A stretch of 64,000 nt of DNA, taken from contig BAAIJX010000022.1 of NCBI GenBank assembly GCA_054600435.1, positions 1 through 64,000 of the forward strand, in the 5' to 3' direction. The stretch comes from Neophaeotheca triangularis (Eukaryota). A model generated the notes under the pieces. That model saw only the letters and a list, made by a program, of their open reading frames with translations. It did not search any database and was not told the DNA's origin. Position 1 is the first letter of the stretch. Every line of letters starts with the position of its first letter. Below are positions 36,601-49,219 of the stretch, piece after piece. The position numbers were made by a program, and so were the translations under genes.

Positions 36601-37573
36601 GTTAAACTACCAAGATCCAAGGACCCGTCGACAAGCAAGGACTACGATTCGATTCTAGTCATGGTCGACAGACTCACGAAGTACTCACATTTTGTTCCCT
36701 ATAACGAGACGATCACTGCAGAGGAACTCGGATATCTCGTTCTCGACAGACTAGTACGATACTACGGCATTCCAACGGTTCTGATTACGGATAGAGACAA
36801 GCTCTTCACATCTAACTACTAGAAGACCTTGATATCAGCGATAGGAGTGAAACACAAACTCTCGACAGCATTTCACCCCGAAACCGATAGATAGACAGAA
36901 CGCTCAAACCAATCCCTCGAAACGTATTTGCGACATTACGTCAACTACGCTCAGGACAATTGGGTAGCGCTCTTACCTATGGCACAGCTCGCACTTAACA
37001 ACAATGCCTTAGAAACGACAGGCTTAACTCCGTTCTATGTAAATTTCGGAAAGGATCCAAACACATTTATAGAACCAAAGCTAGGACCGCTCGCAGAAAG
37101 GGCCCTGTAGACATCTTCGCAGCTACAAGAAGCACACCAGTAGGCGAAGGACAAGATTACACAGTCGTAACGGCGACTCGAGTCACAAAGACACAAGGAC
37201 TCCAAAACGGCACCTCAGCTTAAGAAGGGGGATAAGGTGTACCTACTTACGAAAAACCTGAAGACAAGGAGACGAACACGAAAACTGGACCATGTTAAAG
37301 TCGGACCGTTTCTGGTTAAAGAACAAAGAGGAAAAGTCAACTACCTCCTCTAACTCCTAAGAGATGCCAGAGTCCACCCAGTCTTCCACGTATCCTTGCT
37401 CGAACTAGCAGACGCCGAAACACCAATCTAGGACACCTTCTACCACGATCCACCAGAGGAAGAAGCCGAGTACGAGGTCGAAAAGATTCTAGACAAAGAT
37501 AGTCAGAACTACCTCGTAAAATGGAAAGGGTATCCTACAAGCGAGAACACTTGGGAACCTAAGGACAACTTAC

Positions 37574-38071
37574 TCAACTACTAGAAGCTATTACGACAGT
37601 ATCGCCAGGCAGGAAAGGGTCGGTCGCGTTGTTGATGAAGTCTAGCGACGACTAGACAGCAGGAGAAAGACCCACGGTCGTATCCGCAGCAGGACAATCC
37701 TCCGACTCTAGCTCTCCTAATACGTCCATCTCCGACATAAGACACTTAGCCTTACGGCGAGCACGCGCCTTAGCCTAACGAAGAATCGCTTTATTACGCA
37801 TCAACCGAGCCATGATGCGAGCTAACTCCTCCTCATCCTCATCAACCTTTTTCTGGTATTCCTCCCGAGTACGATCTAGGGAAGCCCACGACAGATTGAC
37901 GCACGCCTTGCCCTGACGAACGCACTCTAAACATTTCAATCTGGAAGAACTCTCCATGGCGATGCAGTCGTGGCCAGAAGAAAAACAGCGATCACAAGGG
38001 AACGGAACTAGGTAACTGTTGCGTTAAATCTCTTGAGCAAGACGAAGGCGGTTTTGTTTCGAGCGGGACAT
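37574..38071 (-). pseudogene. Antisense ORF3 type A, second copy
   Basis: Same 498-nt frame as 9762-10259; keeps Cys codons lost in A1 (CLECVRQGKAC). Confidence 0.8.
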
Positions 38072-38161
38072 CGTAAGATGACGAGAGAAGAGAGAAGTGG
38101 GGAAAGGAGCTATTTACTAAGTTACGGACCGCTTAGGACAAGCGCCCTAGGAGAGGGATAG

Positions 38162-38606
38162 TGTTACGGGATTTCCCGAACATAGGATTTCATTGGTTAG
38201 TATGGAAGGATCAAGAGCCAAGGAACGCAGCGTCTCGACGAAACGCGGTCGAGCTGCATCCTGACCACACTTCGGCCGAAGACTCATGCCATGTCTCGCT
38301 CAGCTCGCGTCGAGACAGTCGACCTCGCTCGACTACTCGACGGGCGAGATAGCGAGCAGAAATCGACTATCTCGAGAACGAGACAGTCGAGACACACGAA
38401 TCTCCTTTGTATTTAGGTAGCGACATTTCCTAGATAGAGATGTGTGTTTAACTCATGTTACAATCTTACTGAAAGGTCTATAGCGACACTTCACGTATCT
38501 TTGAAATCCTTACGACAAAGGAAACACCCTTGCCAGCCTTCTTCGATATCTCTCCTCTTCCGCTACGAGCTCTAAACCCGTGAGACTACCTTGTAGGATC
38601 GCAACA
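38162..38606 (+). repeat. 3' LTR of A2
   Basis: Matches the A1 LTRs, with a 2-bp insertion near the end. Confidence 0.96.
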
Positions 38607-40737
38607 GGTTGCTTTGATGTGTCCGAGAATCACCTTTTGGTCGACTAGTAGTAGAAATTTCTCGCATGGTACTATCGTCTATTGGTCCAAGGAATCCTGT
38701 GCTTGTTTCCTCATTTCTTGAAACGTGATTTCTTCTTCTCTCTATTGCTCCTGTATGAGCTGGAATTCTCTATAACGATTCTTGACTGTCTTGACTCGTT
38801 GTCTTATCGTGTATAGGATCCGTATCCCATCTGGCGTAATGTAGCCGTTTTCTCCGTGGAAAGTGCTTCCCATTAGTGGCCTATCTTGGACAAAGGTGGC
38901 GGCGTTATACTCGACGGCGACCTTTCGGTAGTCCTAGAACATTGCTCGTAGTTGCATGAGCATGGCTTCAAACTGGTTAGGTTCCAAGCGTCGTTTGCCT
39001 TGGATCCTTAGGAACACTTCTTCGTATGATCGTGCGATGTGGGTGACCATTTTCTTGATTGGTGCGGGTCCTTCCACAATGAACTCTAAGGTATCGTTGT
39101 CGTCGGGTTCTTCGTCGTCGGTATATTCGTATTCGGAGTCGTCTTCGGAATCCATCACTGTCATGTCTTCTTGAGATCCTGGAATTTCTAGAGGCATCGA
39201 TAGTCTCAAGGGGCTAATCTCCGGTGTTAGTACGATCGTAGTAAGTTCCGGTGTCTGAGATATTTCTTCGTTGTCTGAGTCGGGTGTTAGTGGTGCTATC
39301 ATCGGTGATGGTGCTTGGTTTTCTTGCAGTTTGTCGTCCTCCGATGCAAATAGAGGTGGGGACCTTCCTCGGGCTGCGTTGCCGTCGTCCCTTGACTGCT
39401 ATAGTAGTTGGCGTCTTGACATCATGTTGAGTTCCTTTTGAGGCTTACGTAGTTGCTTAGATTCTTCCTCTGTTGTGGCCTTGATCCTGTCGTTAAGATC
39501 TGCTATCTGATCGGCTACTTAGATCATGAGGTTGAAGTGTTCTTTAGTCCACTCCTTATGACTAACCAAGTCATCGTGAAACTCCCTGAGCTTCTAGTAT
39601 TGCTCGATTAGCGCGTCCGTTCCGGACTTCGGGGTAACTCGTTCGATGACGTTCACTTCCTTCCGAGGTTTAGTAGATATACCGTTAGTCACTAGTCCTT
39701 AACTTTTGTGCACCAAGCAATAATCCCTTTCGCAAAACCTCTAGTGAAGTTCGTCGTGCTCCGGTTCTTCGTATGTTCCGGTGATGTCGTAAGCTCCGCG
39801 GCTCTTATCGGTAGGAGAGTCGTTATCCTGTCAGGTCAAAATCGCATTGACCTCCTGTCGTGGGCGCATCTGTTTCCCACAGCAGTCTCGTGCATAGTGC
39901 CCTATCTTGTGGCAGTTGTAGCATTCCGGTCCGTTCCGTTTCTTGCCTAGGGCGTTCTGTTTGCCCCGTCCTCTATCCCTGCCCTTCCTAGGACGCTGTT
40001 GCGTGGAGTCGAGTTCTATCGTATCAGGATCGCGACGTTGCTAACCGACAGGCCGGCTGCCGGTAGTATAGCCAGTTCGTCCGCGAAATTGTCTAGTGTG
40101 GCGTTTTTCCATAAACCGTTCGTAGAGCGCGTTATCAACTTCGATCGCCGATTTGATCATTCCGGGGAGAGTTGACTGATCGCCTCCGTGGCGCATGAGT
40201 TCGTCTTTCACGTTGTCCTTGAGTCCTCGGTAGTACATGGTCATAAGAGCGTTGTCGTCCCAGTCAGTCTTGGCTAAGTGCTCCTGAAATTTGGCAGTGT
40301 ACTAAGAGGCAGACGTTTTCTGCGTGAGGTACTGAATCATTCGGATAGCAACTTGTCGATCGTTGCTTAATCCATAGACGTTGCGGATGACCTTGACAAA
40401 AGACTTCCAGTTCGAGAACAGTCCTTGAGGGTCGATTCGTTCCATGAGGAAATCCGTAAGCTTTAGGCGGATCCAGTGTTAAGCTTCTCCACGAAGGAAA
40501 GAAGTAGCAGTGAGAGGTTACTTCTACTCACTAACGCTTTCCATGAGAAAGAACATCATCATCTAGTTGACCTAGTCGTCTAGCTTGTTACGTTCGCCGT
40601 AGAAGTAGTCCGGTTTAGCAACCTTGTTAGTTGTCATAGTCGATACTCCTCGTTAAGTGCTGGCGACGCTTGCGTCTCGGTTATCAGATAGGGACATACT
40701 TGCCTATTAATCTCTCTTTCCTAGAGGGTGTTCAAAG

Positions 40738-41156
40738 TGTTGCGATCCTACAAGGTAGTCTCACGGGTAGGGCTCGTAGCGGAAGAGGAGAGATATCGAA
40801 GAAGGCTAGCAAGGGTGTTTCCTTTGTCGTAAGGATTTCAAAGATACGTGAAGTGTCGCTGTAGACCTTTCAGTAAGATTGTAACATGAGTTGAACACAA
40901 ATCTCTACCTAGGAAACATCGCTAGCTATATACATAGGAGATTCGTGCTAGATCAGTCCTTGACTAATCCATTGTGCTCAGGATCAGACTGATCCTAAGT
41001 GTCCTGGCTCAGACTCAGCCTAAGTCTAAGCGAGCATGCTTAGTTGAAGTCTGAGCGAACGTCTTGGCTAGTTCTGAGATCACGTGTTCGGCAAGCTTCA
41101 GGGTTAGACCCTGGCTTAGACTAGGGACTCCAGCTCTGCTTAGCTTGGCCGTAACA
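40738..41156 (-). repeat. 5' LTR of copy B
   Basis: Direct repeat of 29592-30010, followed by TSD ATTAT. Confidence 0.96.
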
Positions 41157-41161
41157 ATTAT

Positions 41162-42747
41162 CTAGTATTTCAGCCTTTCTTACGAGCGCTATAATGTCGA
41201 ATAGCTTCGTGTGATAGGCACGATGTTACGCTTCGAACAGCTTTCCCCAGGCTAGTTTTCCGGAATCTATACTAGCCGCTACTATCCTAGCCGTAGCGCC
41301 CTTAGACTTAACAAACTCCTCGTAGGCCCGCTTAGAGGCAATGTTGTCGTCGTTGTGTAGATCAAACCAGACCACGTCTAGTTTACATTCTAGTAAGTTC
41401 GCGAAAGTGTTATAACCGGGCCGCGAGATTGTAATAGCGTCCATAAGCTCAATCAATCGCCTCATTAGTACGTCTAAAGGCTGTAGGTATAGGTGATCGG
41501 CTTCATGGTCCGTAAACAGATAGCGTATACGTCGTCTCTTACTAAGTAGGTAACCTTTAAGTAGAGAGAATAGGGCGTACGTATCGAGCTAAGTGTTATC
41601 TAAGGGCGTGCCTATTAGCATGACGCACGATATAAATCGCCTTCGGAGATCTTTAATAGCTTAATACGTCCTCCCCTTAGTATTCTTAATAGTATACGCT
41701 TTATCGAGAACTAGGTATACGCCCATTTTACTAGACTCGATGAAGTCCTATATTCCTAACAAAAGCACTACACGTAGACGTTTTAGGGCATCTTTCCCTT
41801 TAATAGATAGATCGTATTCTGCTACTCTTCTCGTGAAGGAGCGGGCTTTAACCATGTCGGACACTACTATGTTATATAATGCGACGACAATATCGTAGTT
41901 AAGTAGAGCTATAGAGGTAGTAGTGTCGTCCCGGAGATGTAATACTTTTATAGAGCCCTAGCAAATATTAGCGGCGTGTAGTGGAGAGAAGAGCTACTAA
42001 AGGCCTAAGGGATACTCACCTCGTTAAAGTATTTCCTAATCTCGTCGATCTACTATTGCGTGTAAGAAGCCGGTGCCACGATCACGTTTAGACAATGTCC
42101 GGTTCTAAGCGCCTTCTTGATTACTAGTAGTACGGTCAATGTCTTGCCTAAACTAGGCCTGTCGGCTACGATAAGGCCCTTAAATTTCGATAAGAGTGAC
42201 CGCTTAATGACTACTACACCCTTAAGCTAATGAGGGTATGCGGTTATGGCCAAGTCTTTATTAGGCGATAGAGTAGGGACATCCTTATTAGCTATCTACG
42301 AGAATATGCGTTAGTAGGCTAATAGCGGTACATTCCTAATATCACAAAACTTACGATCTCTGGTCTAACATTCTCGATGAATTCGACGGCTTTCTCTAGC
42401 CATTAGTTGATCTCTACTTCAGCCTCCTCCTCCATTAAGTCCATTCTATCGCCTACTTCTAGGTCAAATACATCGTCGCTATTCGTATCATTAATGTCCT
42501 CTATCTCTTCATCTTCACTTTTAATGCCTAGTACCTCGCCCGCTAGGATATTGTCATACTACCGCTCCACTCTTATAGTCATGCCATCCCCTTTCTTAAA
42601 CCCCTTGGCGATTTCGTGGTGTAGTACTACTTGAGATTGCGCTTTACTAGGGTCGAGACTAATAGCGAGGCTCTCTATGTTAGTAAATAGAAGCCTTACC
42701 TTTCGCGCAAAATAGCGGCGAGCGGCCTAAGTCGGGGTCGGAGCTAT
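41162..42747 (-). pseudogene. SNF2-family helicase, N-terminal ATPase half (intron-containing)
   Basis: AYPH*LKG (Q motif), GLIVADRPSLGKT (I), VIVAPAS..**IDEI (Ia), LVLDKAYTIKN (de-RIP DEAH, II), IGTPLDN (III). GT-AG introns near 42018, 42353 and 42700. Start position approximate. Confidence 0.85.
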
Positions 42748-43099
42748 CGTAGAGGACTACGTCTAGTAAAGAGGAGTAGTAGTGTAGAGGAGACCGGCGC
42801 TACTAGTGTCGTAGATAGTGGACTATGTATGTACTATGTAGTGAGTCGAGGGTATAGAGAATAAGCTATCGAATTAGTACTACCGGGACGCGTAGAAGAA
42901 GCCGTATGACGTCGCTTCTAGATTCTACTAGAGTAAAGTGAAGCTAAGGCTAGAGTTGAAGACCTACGTGCTCTCTAGGCTAGACGGTAATCGAGAAACC
43001 ACTAAACATCAAGCTACCCAAAGTCCTTGCCTTTAGTATAGCGTCGACATCGAGTTACTCTAGGGATTTTAAGGCCTACCGCGCTAGTGTCGACAAACT

Positions 43100-43765
43100 T
43101 ACATGGGCTCTACAAGACCTATAATACGCCTAGGAGGTAGTTAAGCGTAGTGTAGGTGACGAGAGGGGAGAGACTCTAAGTGAAGGGGAACCCGATGTCA
43201 ACTAGGACCTAGAGAGTAAGCAAGTTAAAGTCGAGAGCGTAAAGTCGAAAGCTAACAAAAACATAGAGCGGCTCTTATAAAACCCACTCGGTTAACGTCG
43301 TGCGATTACCTAGCGGCATCCTTCCCTTAACCTAGAAGCTATCGAGGCTCTATGATCGTTACGACTAACTCTTACGGCTATCGCGGCTTTGTCACCGTAG
43401 TAGGGACGTGAAGCCATTAAGGAATAAAGAGTCGAGCTCATAGAACGTATAGGAGTGCTCGTAGAGTTAACGGACAGCAAGTACCCCTATCTAGACATTA
43501 TCCGGATTGACTAAGAGGAGACTGTAAATGAGAAGACAAGTAAGCTTATACTCTATATCCTTTTACTTAAAACATGCTAATCCTTCTATCTTTAGATGTA
43601 CATTCGCGTAGGGACGGGGCTTACGGTCTACGAGAGTTAGCACGAAAGAATTACTACATAGATAACTAGAGCGAGAATGAAGACGAGCTTCTTGTCGAGC
43701 CTAGAGTCATGCCTAAGGAGGTAGAGCTAACAAGTGACGACGATGATGCTTCAAGTGGTCAGTAG
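43100..43765 (+). pseudogene. Unknown degraded ORF with one intron
   Basis: Charged, protein-like frame with RIP stops; gtaagc...gctaat...ttag intron at ~43540-43595. Start uncertain. Confidence 0.4.
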
Positions 43766-44685
43766 TGGACTTAATAGAGAGAAAGACATGGGCTTTATTA
43801 TTGAAATATAGTAACAGTACTAGCGCTTCGGGCCGCTAGCTTATTCTACTACATAATATTAGTAGTCAGTCCTCTTTCCTACGACTTCTACTCCCTCTCC
43901 CCTTTCCCTAGCGGCCTTAAGCTCTACAATTAAGCGGCATTCATTCTTGGATCCCTTTCGCTCCCTACTCTAGCTCGAGAATGTGATGCATGAGACCTAG
44001 CTGTAGTGATGGCGAATGTCCTGTAGGTCGAGACGAGGCAGTTAACGCTTCTATATAGAGCGGCCTACCTAGTTTCTTCTACTGCTACAGACGCAATATC
44101 TACGGCCCGCGTCGCGTAGTACACGGTTTCGTAGCTAACAACTAGAAAGCGAGTTGGTGACGAGATAGACGCTATAAGATCGTCGAGAACGAGTCGCCCT
44201 CCCTTCGTACGCATTCGTTACTACATTACATTCTCGTCTAAGCATTGCTTAGCCGATACACGCGCTGAATTTCCCTCTAGACCCGTCTTTATACAACGGC
44301 TGTTATAGAGGGCATGTCGGCCGCGGCGTAAGGTCGAGCTACGGCTTTCGAGATAGATCGCTTGCATACGTTACGGCAAGGCCCTTGACCTCTCACTTAT
44401 ACCTCTACGCGGTGTCAAGGACAAGTACTATGCGCTGTGAAAACAGAGACGGGAAACCGAGATGAGTGATCTCAATACAGAGCATGACTAGCTGATAATG
44501 TCTCGAGCCGGCTACTTAACATCAATCCTTCCCATCTCTCTACCTCTTAACACTCCCGATATACCTATAGAACTACTAGGCTAAAAAAGAATCTTTAGCA
44601 TGGGATCGGTCAATACACTTCTAGTCGCGCCGCCGGGGAGAAGAACACATCTAGAGCAGAGTTTCGAGTGATAAGGTTAGGCAAG

Positions 44686-44949
44686 TTTAATACTACCGCG
44701 ACCGACCGAGCCACTATGGCTAACACCGCTGCGACCGACCGAGCCACTATAGCAAATACCGCCGCGACCGATCGAGCCACTATAGCTAACACCGCCGCGA
44801 CCGACCGAGCCACCATGGCAAATACTGCCGCGACCGACCGAACTACTATGGCAAACACCGCCGCGACCGACCGAACCACTATAGCAAACATCGCTGCGAC
44901 CGACCGAGCCACTATAGCAAACACCGCTGCGACCGACCGAGCTACTATA
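44686..44949 (+). repeat. 33-bp tandem repeat x8 (ANTAATDRAT[I/M] in one frame)
   Basis: Repeated gcaaacaccgccgcgaccgaccgagccactatg variants. Confidence 0.95.
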
Positions 44950-45569
44950 CGTACCTAAGAGCACCTCCGCAACCTACTCCTACCTCTACTAAATAGGTGC
45001 CCCTCCTACTATAGAGACTACCTCCCACCGCATACACCTACGAGCTAATAGCTCCCTTTTAATGCGTTACTAAAAAGAGGAGGGAAGAGAGAAAGTAGCA
45101 ATTAAGAGCAGGGAGTAGTAATAGGCTAGTGGGGAGCTTACCTAGGAGTATAGGGTGATTGCTATGTGTACTAGATAACTGCTGGTTTGAGCTCTAATAA
45201 CTATAATACACTAAGGTACCAAATTGCTACCCCTCTACCTCCGGCATATCACTAGTATCTAATGGATCTTCACTAAAGTTGATTCATATAGTGGCTATAG
45301 GTGAGCAGTCTAACCCCCTATGCTTAGATCTATAATTGAGTAGGTAGTTGTGATGGTATAGGGGGTAGAAGGTAGCTGAAGTTAATGAGCTTGTGGTATG
45401 GCAATCTGAGTAGTATACTTGGCAAAACCTCCTTCCTAATGCGGTAAGTGCAGCACTGTCAAGCCTTACAAGTCAATTTCAATTCACCTACTACCTTAGT
45501 GGGTTAATTCAATGTCAATTCACCTACTAGATTGACTTGAAATGATTAGTAACAAGTCTGACCTCTAAT

Positions 45570-46562
45570 ATGCCCCTCCTTAGTACTTCTAGGCATAAGG
45601 CTCTCCCTAATCATCTTTGCCAATCCCAGCATCCTTAGCCTTACGTTTCCTGCCATAGGCCATAGTCTCGTTTCCCTTAGACTCCTTCTTAACCCCCCTA
45701 TCTCCTTCGGCAACCGTACCTATAGCCCTATCATCTTTATCTTCTCCTCCTCTAACCCCTCTAGCTCCTCTATCCGCACTCTCTCTATCATCGCTTCCCT
45801 CTTCGTGCCCAACCCTAGAAGCTTTAGCTCTATTATCCACGCTCTCTTCATCGTCATATTTATCTTCTTCTCCAGAATTAGTACCCCGAGCCACATTCCT
45901 AGTATTAGCAAGACCGCTCCCCTCGTTCGCTTTAGAGTCGGAAAGATCGGCCTCTAGCTCGGACTTAGAATCTAGGTCCAGCATGCCTCGCGTAGGCGGG
46001 GCTAGAGACTCAGCCCTACGGTTCGTTCCGTCTAAATCATCGTTGACGTAAGATTCTATCCTAGGGGTAAGGGGGGTAACCATGTTAAGCCCGAGGTTGT
46101 CCTATATTTCCGTTAGTTAATCGCCTTCATGTAAACTAGACGTGGTTAGGAGTAACTCAACATACCCGCTACATGTTCTCGACTACATCGACCTAGGTAG
46201 GCTGTCAGTTCCTTATAAGCGCTATGAAGATACGTTCGAGGCCTTACTAATCTCTACATCCGCTCGTTATACCTCTAAGTAGTAGTGTAGCCCCTTAGCG
46301 CTGCGTCTACATAATGCTACATCTATTCCTCGTAGGACAGGCCTAGAATCCTAGTCTTATTAAGTACACGGTCTAGAATGATGTTAGCTACTCGACGCGT
46401 TACCCTTATCTTCTCCGCATCTTCTTCTTTCTTCGCGGTAAAGACGGTATCTATCTCCTTCTCTACTTCCGCGATCCTGCCTTGCTCGGGACCCTTACGG
46501 CCGTTACCTATATCGCGGTCACCGTCACCACTACCGCCCGCCCCCGAACTAGCTCCGCCCAT
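45570..46562 (-). pseudogene. Unknown degraded ORF(s), Gly-rich start and acidic/basic end
   Basis: Track ORFs 46323-46562 and 45607-46083 in different frames (intron or frameshift). Confidence 0.4.
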
Positions 46563-46998
46563 GACATTAGCTATTGCTTGTAACAGGCGTGATGGATGTA
46601 GAGAATTGAGGGTTCGGTAAGGTAAAGGGGTTCTTAGATAATTCGGCTTGTTTACTCGGTAGGTTATATGCTCTATAAGTGGGCTAGGTAGTAGAAGAGC
46701 CTTACTTCGCGGAAGTAGGTGTCTAGTGTCGAGCCTGAAATAGTGGCTAGGTAGTCTAAGAGGTTAGCAAAAGGTAGGTAAAGAGGAGTGCTTGAAGTGT
46801 AGCTACATAAGAAGGTCGCTTAAGAGAAGAGGGAATAGAGGAGCTCGAACCTTCGTAAGCTAGCTAGAGTGAAGCGACTTTAGCTCTCTATAGCTTCACA
46901 CGCCTCATTTCCTTCGACTTTCCTACTCCCCGTCGAAACATAATACGTTAATATATCTTAGAGATAGACATAGTAAGCGATTACCGTACCGTTACATC

Positions 46999-47895
46999 AT
47001 AACTAACACTTCACTGACGATATCCGGACAGCGTCTAGCTAAGCGGTAAAAGACGGCAGCATCCGGTCTACCCCTAGAGCTAGTTATGAAGATATTCCGC
47101 GAAGTAATGAAGATGACACCCGGCCTCGCGAAAGTGTCTTCGACTTCACTTAATCTCGATACCGCTACTAGCGAGGTCACCCTATAAGAGCTAGTCAAAT
47201 CGCTAGGCGAGGAAGTTAGGCCATAAGGTTATTCTACGATCTTCGACTATCTAATTGTGAAGCAGCTAGAGATAGTAGCCGTCTATATCTCCACAAACTA
47301 CTCCGAGCTAGAGCTCTCTTTTAAGGACCCTACTTCACTTAACGACTTCGTAGATGTGTTGTAGGCATACGTCTAGAAGGACTTTGACAAGATACGGATA
47401 AAGATCAGAATTGTGCTCTTTACGGATAACAAGTTTGAGCCTTTAGGGTACTACTACAGGTAGGAGTATGCGCATGGCTTTAAGGAACGTGCTACGGCTT
47501 ACGTTTAGGACTAGATAGAAGCTATCTTTAAGATACCTAACGACATAACGGTAGTGGTTTACATGGCTAGGCCGTAGGTCGACTACCGTGAACTCCGGGG
47601 CGCGTTCGCTCCCCTTAATAGATACGATGTCACTATGTAGATCGATGAGCGTCGCTAGGGCATTTTTGACCGCAAGACGTCGTCAAGCGGAGACGCTAAG
47701 GCGTAGGGAGACGATTCATAAGAGGAAGAAGAACCGGAACCCCTAGGCAAATCCTTTCATATAGCTCTCACTATTACAGCTATTACTAGGTAGGTAACGA
47801 AGTAGTAGAGGGACGTTATGATGGAATAGGCATAGGAGTTAGCGGATCATAGATGTAGGGGTTTTCGCGACAGGAGTAGACAGGGATAAGCATAA
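46999..47895 (+). pseudogene. Unknown ~300-codon ORF with an F-box-like N-terminal motif
   Basis: Single frame with RIP stops; GLPLELVMKIFREV near 47068-47110. Confidence 0.45.
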
Positions 47896-49054
47896 AACGG
47901 GATAAGGTAGCTTTCCGGGCTAGAGGAGAGGGTTACCGAATGTTATCTACAATACTAGACCACTAGCAACCTAACTACTATCGTACTAAGTTAGTGCCTA
48001 ATTATATAGCTTCTACCTATTAGTACGCTAGAGCGTACACTCTCTATAGCTAAGCATACGGAGTAACGACCACATCTAAATCTACATACAAGTCGTAAGT
48101 ACTAATACGGCCTCACGAATAGCTGATTCGCTAGTGAATCGTACATTCTGTCGAGCACTCTATTCTAGCGTATAACCTGACCCCTAAAGTAGCGAGCTTG
48201 TCGCAAATGGTTTCCGTACCCCTTAACCGTTATGAACGGCGACTTACATCGTCGACACCGGAGAATCCACATCTCGGCGTTCTCGCGGATCGCTTTCTAC
48301 CCACGGTAATGTCGAAGAAGTTAGTGATTCATGACTTAGCGTTTAGTACCATTGTAGCTATAGAGGTTATAGGCTACCGGATGCTTCAACTACTGAATGT
48401 TTGTGTTTTTCTGTTTTTCGAAAGTCCCGACAATGTCCGGTATCTTGACATATGGCATATAACGCGGACAATGCTTATAGCAGCTATAGGGGCTCGTGCC
48501 ACGTTTCGAGTAGCACGCGTCACGACTTTAGTTAGTTCTGTTCGACTCTAGGGTGATGTGAATCGGGTTGTAACACTCACTATGTCTGTATAGGTAGGAC
48601 TTGTCAAGGTTGTGTTAGTATATCTTGGACTCAGGCGTCGAGATCCCTATCCCGACCATTAGGTAAGAGACAAGATTGAAGTCAGGGCCTCTATGTTTTT
48701 CACTATAAGGGCAATCTATTACAAGTCCTATACCTATTACTCTTAGTATAGAACCCTCGGTGACACCTTTTCCCACCCTATACTTTACTATAAATATATA
48801 GCTAGCATCCCCGAAGAGTTCGAAGAGGGTTTCGACAATGTCGTCGCTAAGGGCATACTCGGAGGGTATGAATAGCGGTTCGTCGACTAGCCTAAAAATT
48901 TGTAGTACTTACTATAGCGCTATCTAGCTGTTAAACATGTAGCGTGGGGACCCCACGAAGTTGTCAAGGCATGGTAATGGTGTAATAGAGTAGTCGTTTA
49001 GAATACGGTCGACCTTAGCAAGAGATGTATGTCGCAATCAGTAGGGACTTGCTT

Positions 49055-49219
49055 CGCTATCATCTATCCCGGAATCTTGCCCTAAGACGCTATCGTCCGA
49101 CCCGGACTCTTACCTAGGGACGCTATTGTCCGACCCGGACTCTTACCTAGAGACGCTATCGTCTATCCTGGACTCTTGCCCGGAGACGCTATTATCTATC
49201 CCGGACTCTTACCTAGGGA
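49055..49219. repeat. 33-bp tandem repeat x5 (ESG.DDSV..Q on the minus strand)
   Basis: Repeated cgctatcgtccgacccggactcttacctaggga variants. Confidence 0.9.

Larger units (their letters stand above)
34142..38606 (+). mobile_element. 5'-truncated chromovirus copy A2 (gag end, pol, ORF3-A, 3' LTR type A), inverted inside copy B
   Basis: Colinear with A1 6331-10792; LTR 38162-38606; copy B resumes directly after the terminal CA. Confidence 0.95.
29592..41156 (-). mobile_element. Chromovirus copy B (U3 type B), interrupted by copy A2
   Basis: 419-bp LTRs at 29592-30010 and 40738-41156; TSD ATTAT (29587-29591 and 41157-41161); PPT at ~30011-30022; gag 38607-40697 and pol ~30650-34070 on the minus strand. 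Confidence 0.96.

Noticed and set aside
30692..37576. Palindrome as a fold-back sequencing artefact
   Set aside because: The arms differ at many independent RIP sites and continue into different ORF3/U3 types, and the outer element has a matching TSD.
28975..42747. Telomere-linked RecQ helicase or AcademH helicase
   Set aside because: The motifs are SNF2-type (GLGKT, DEAH.IKN, GTP..N, R.GQ), not RecQ-type.
44686..44949. CRISPR-like array
   Set aside because: Head-to-tail repeats with no unique spacers, in a eukaryotic context.
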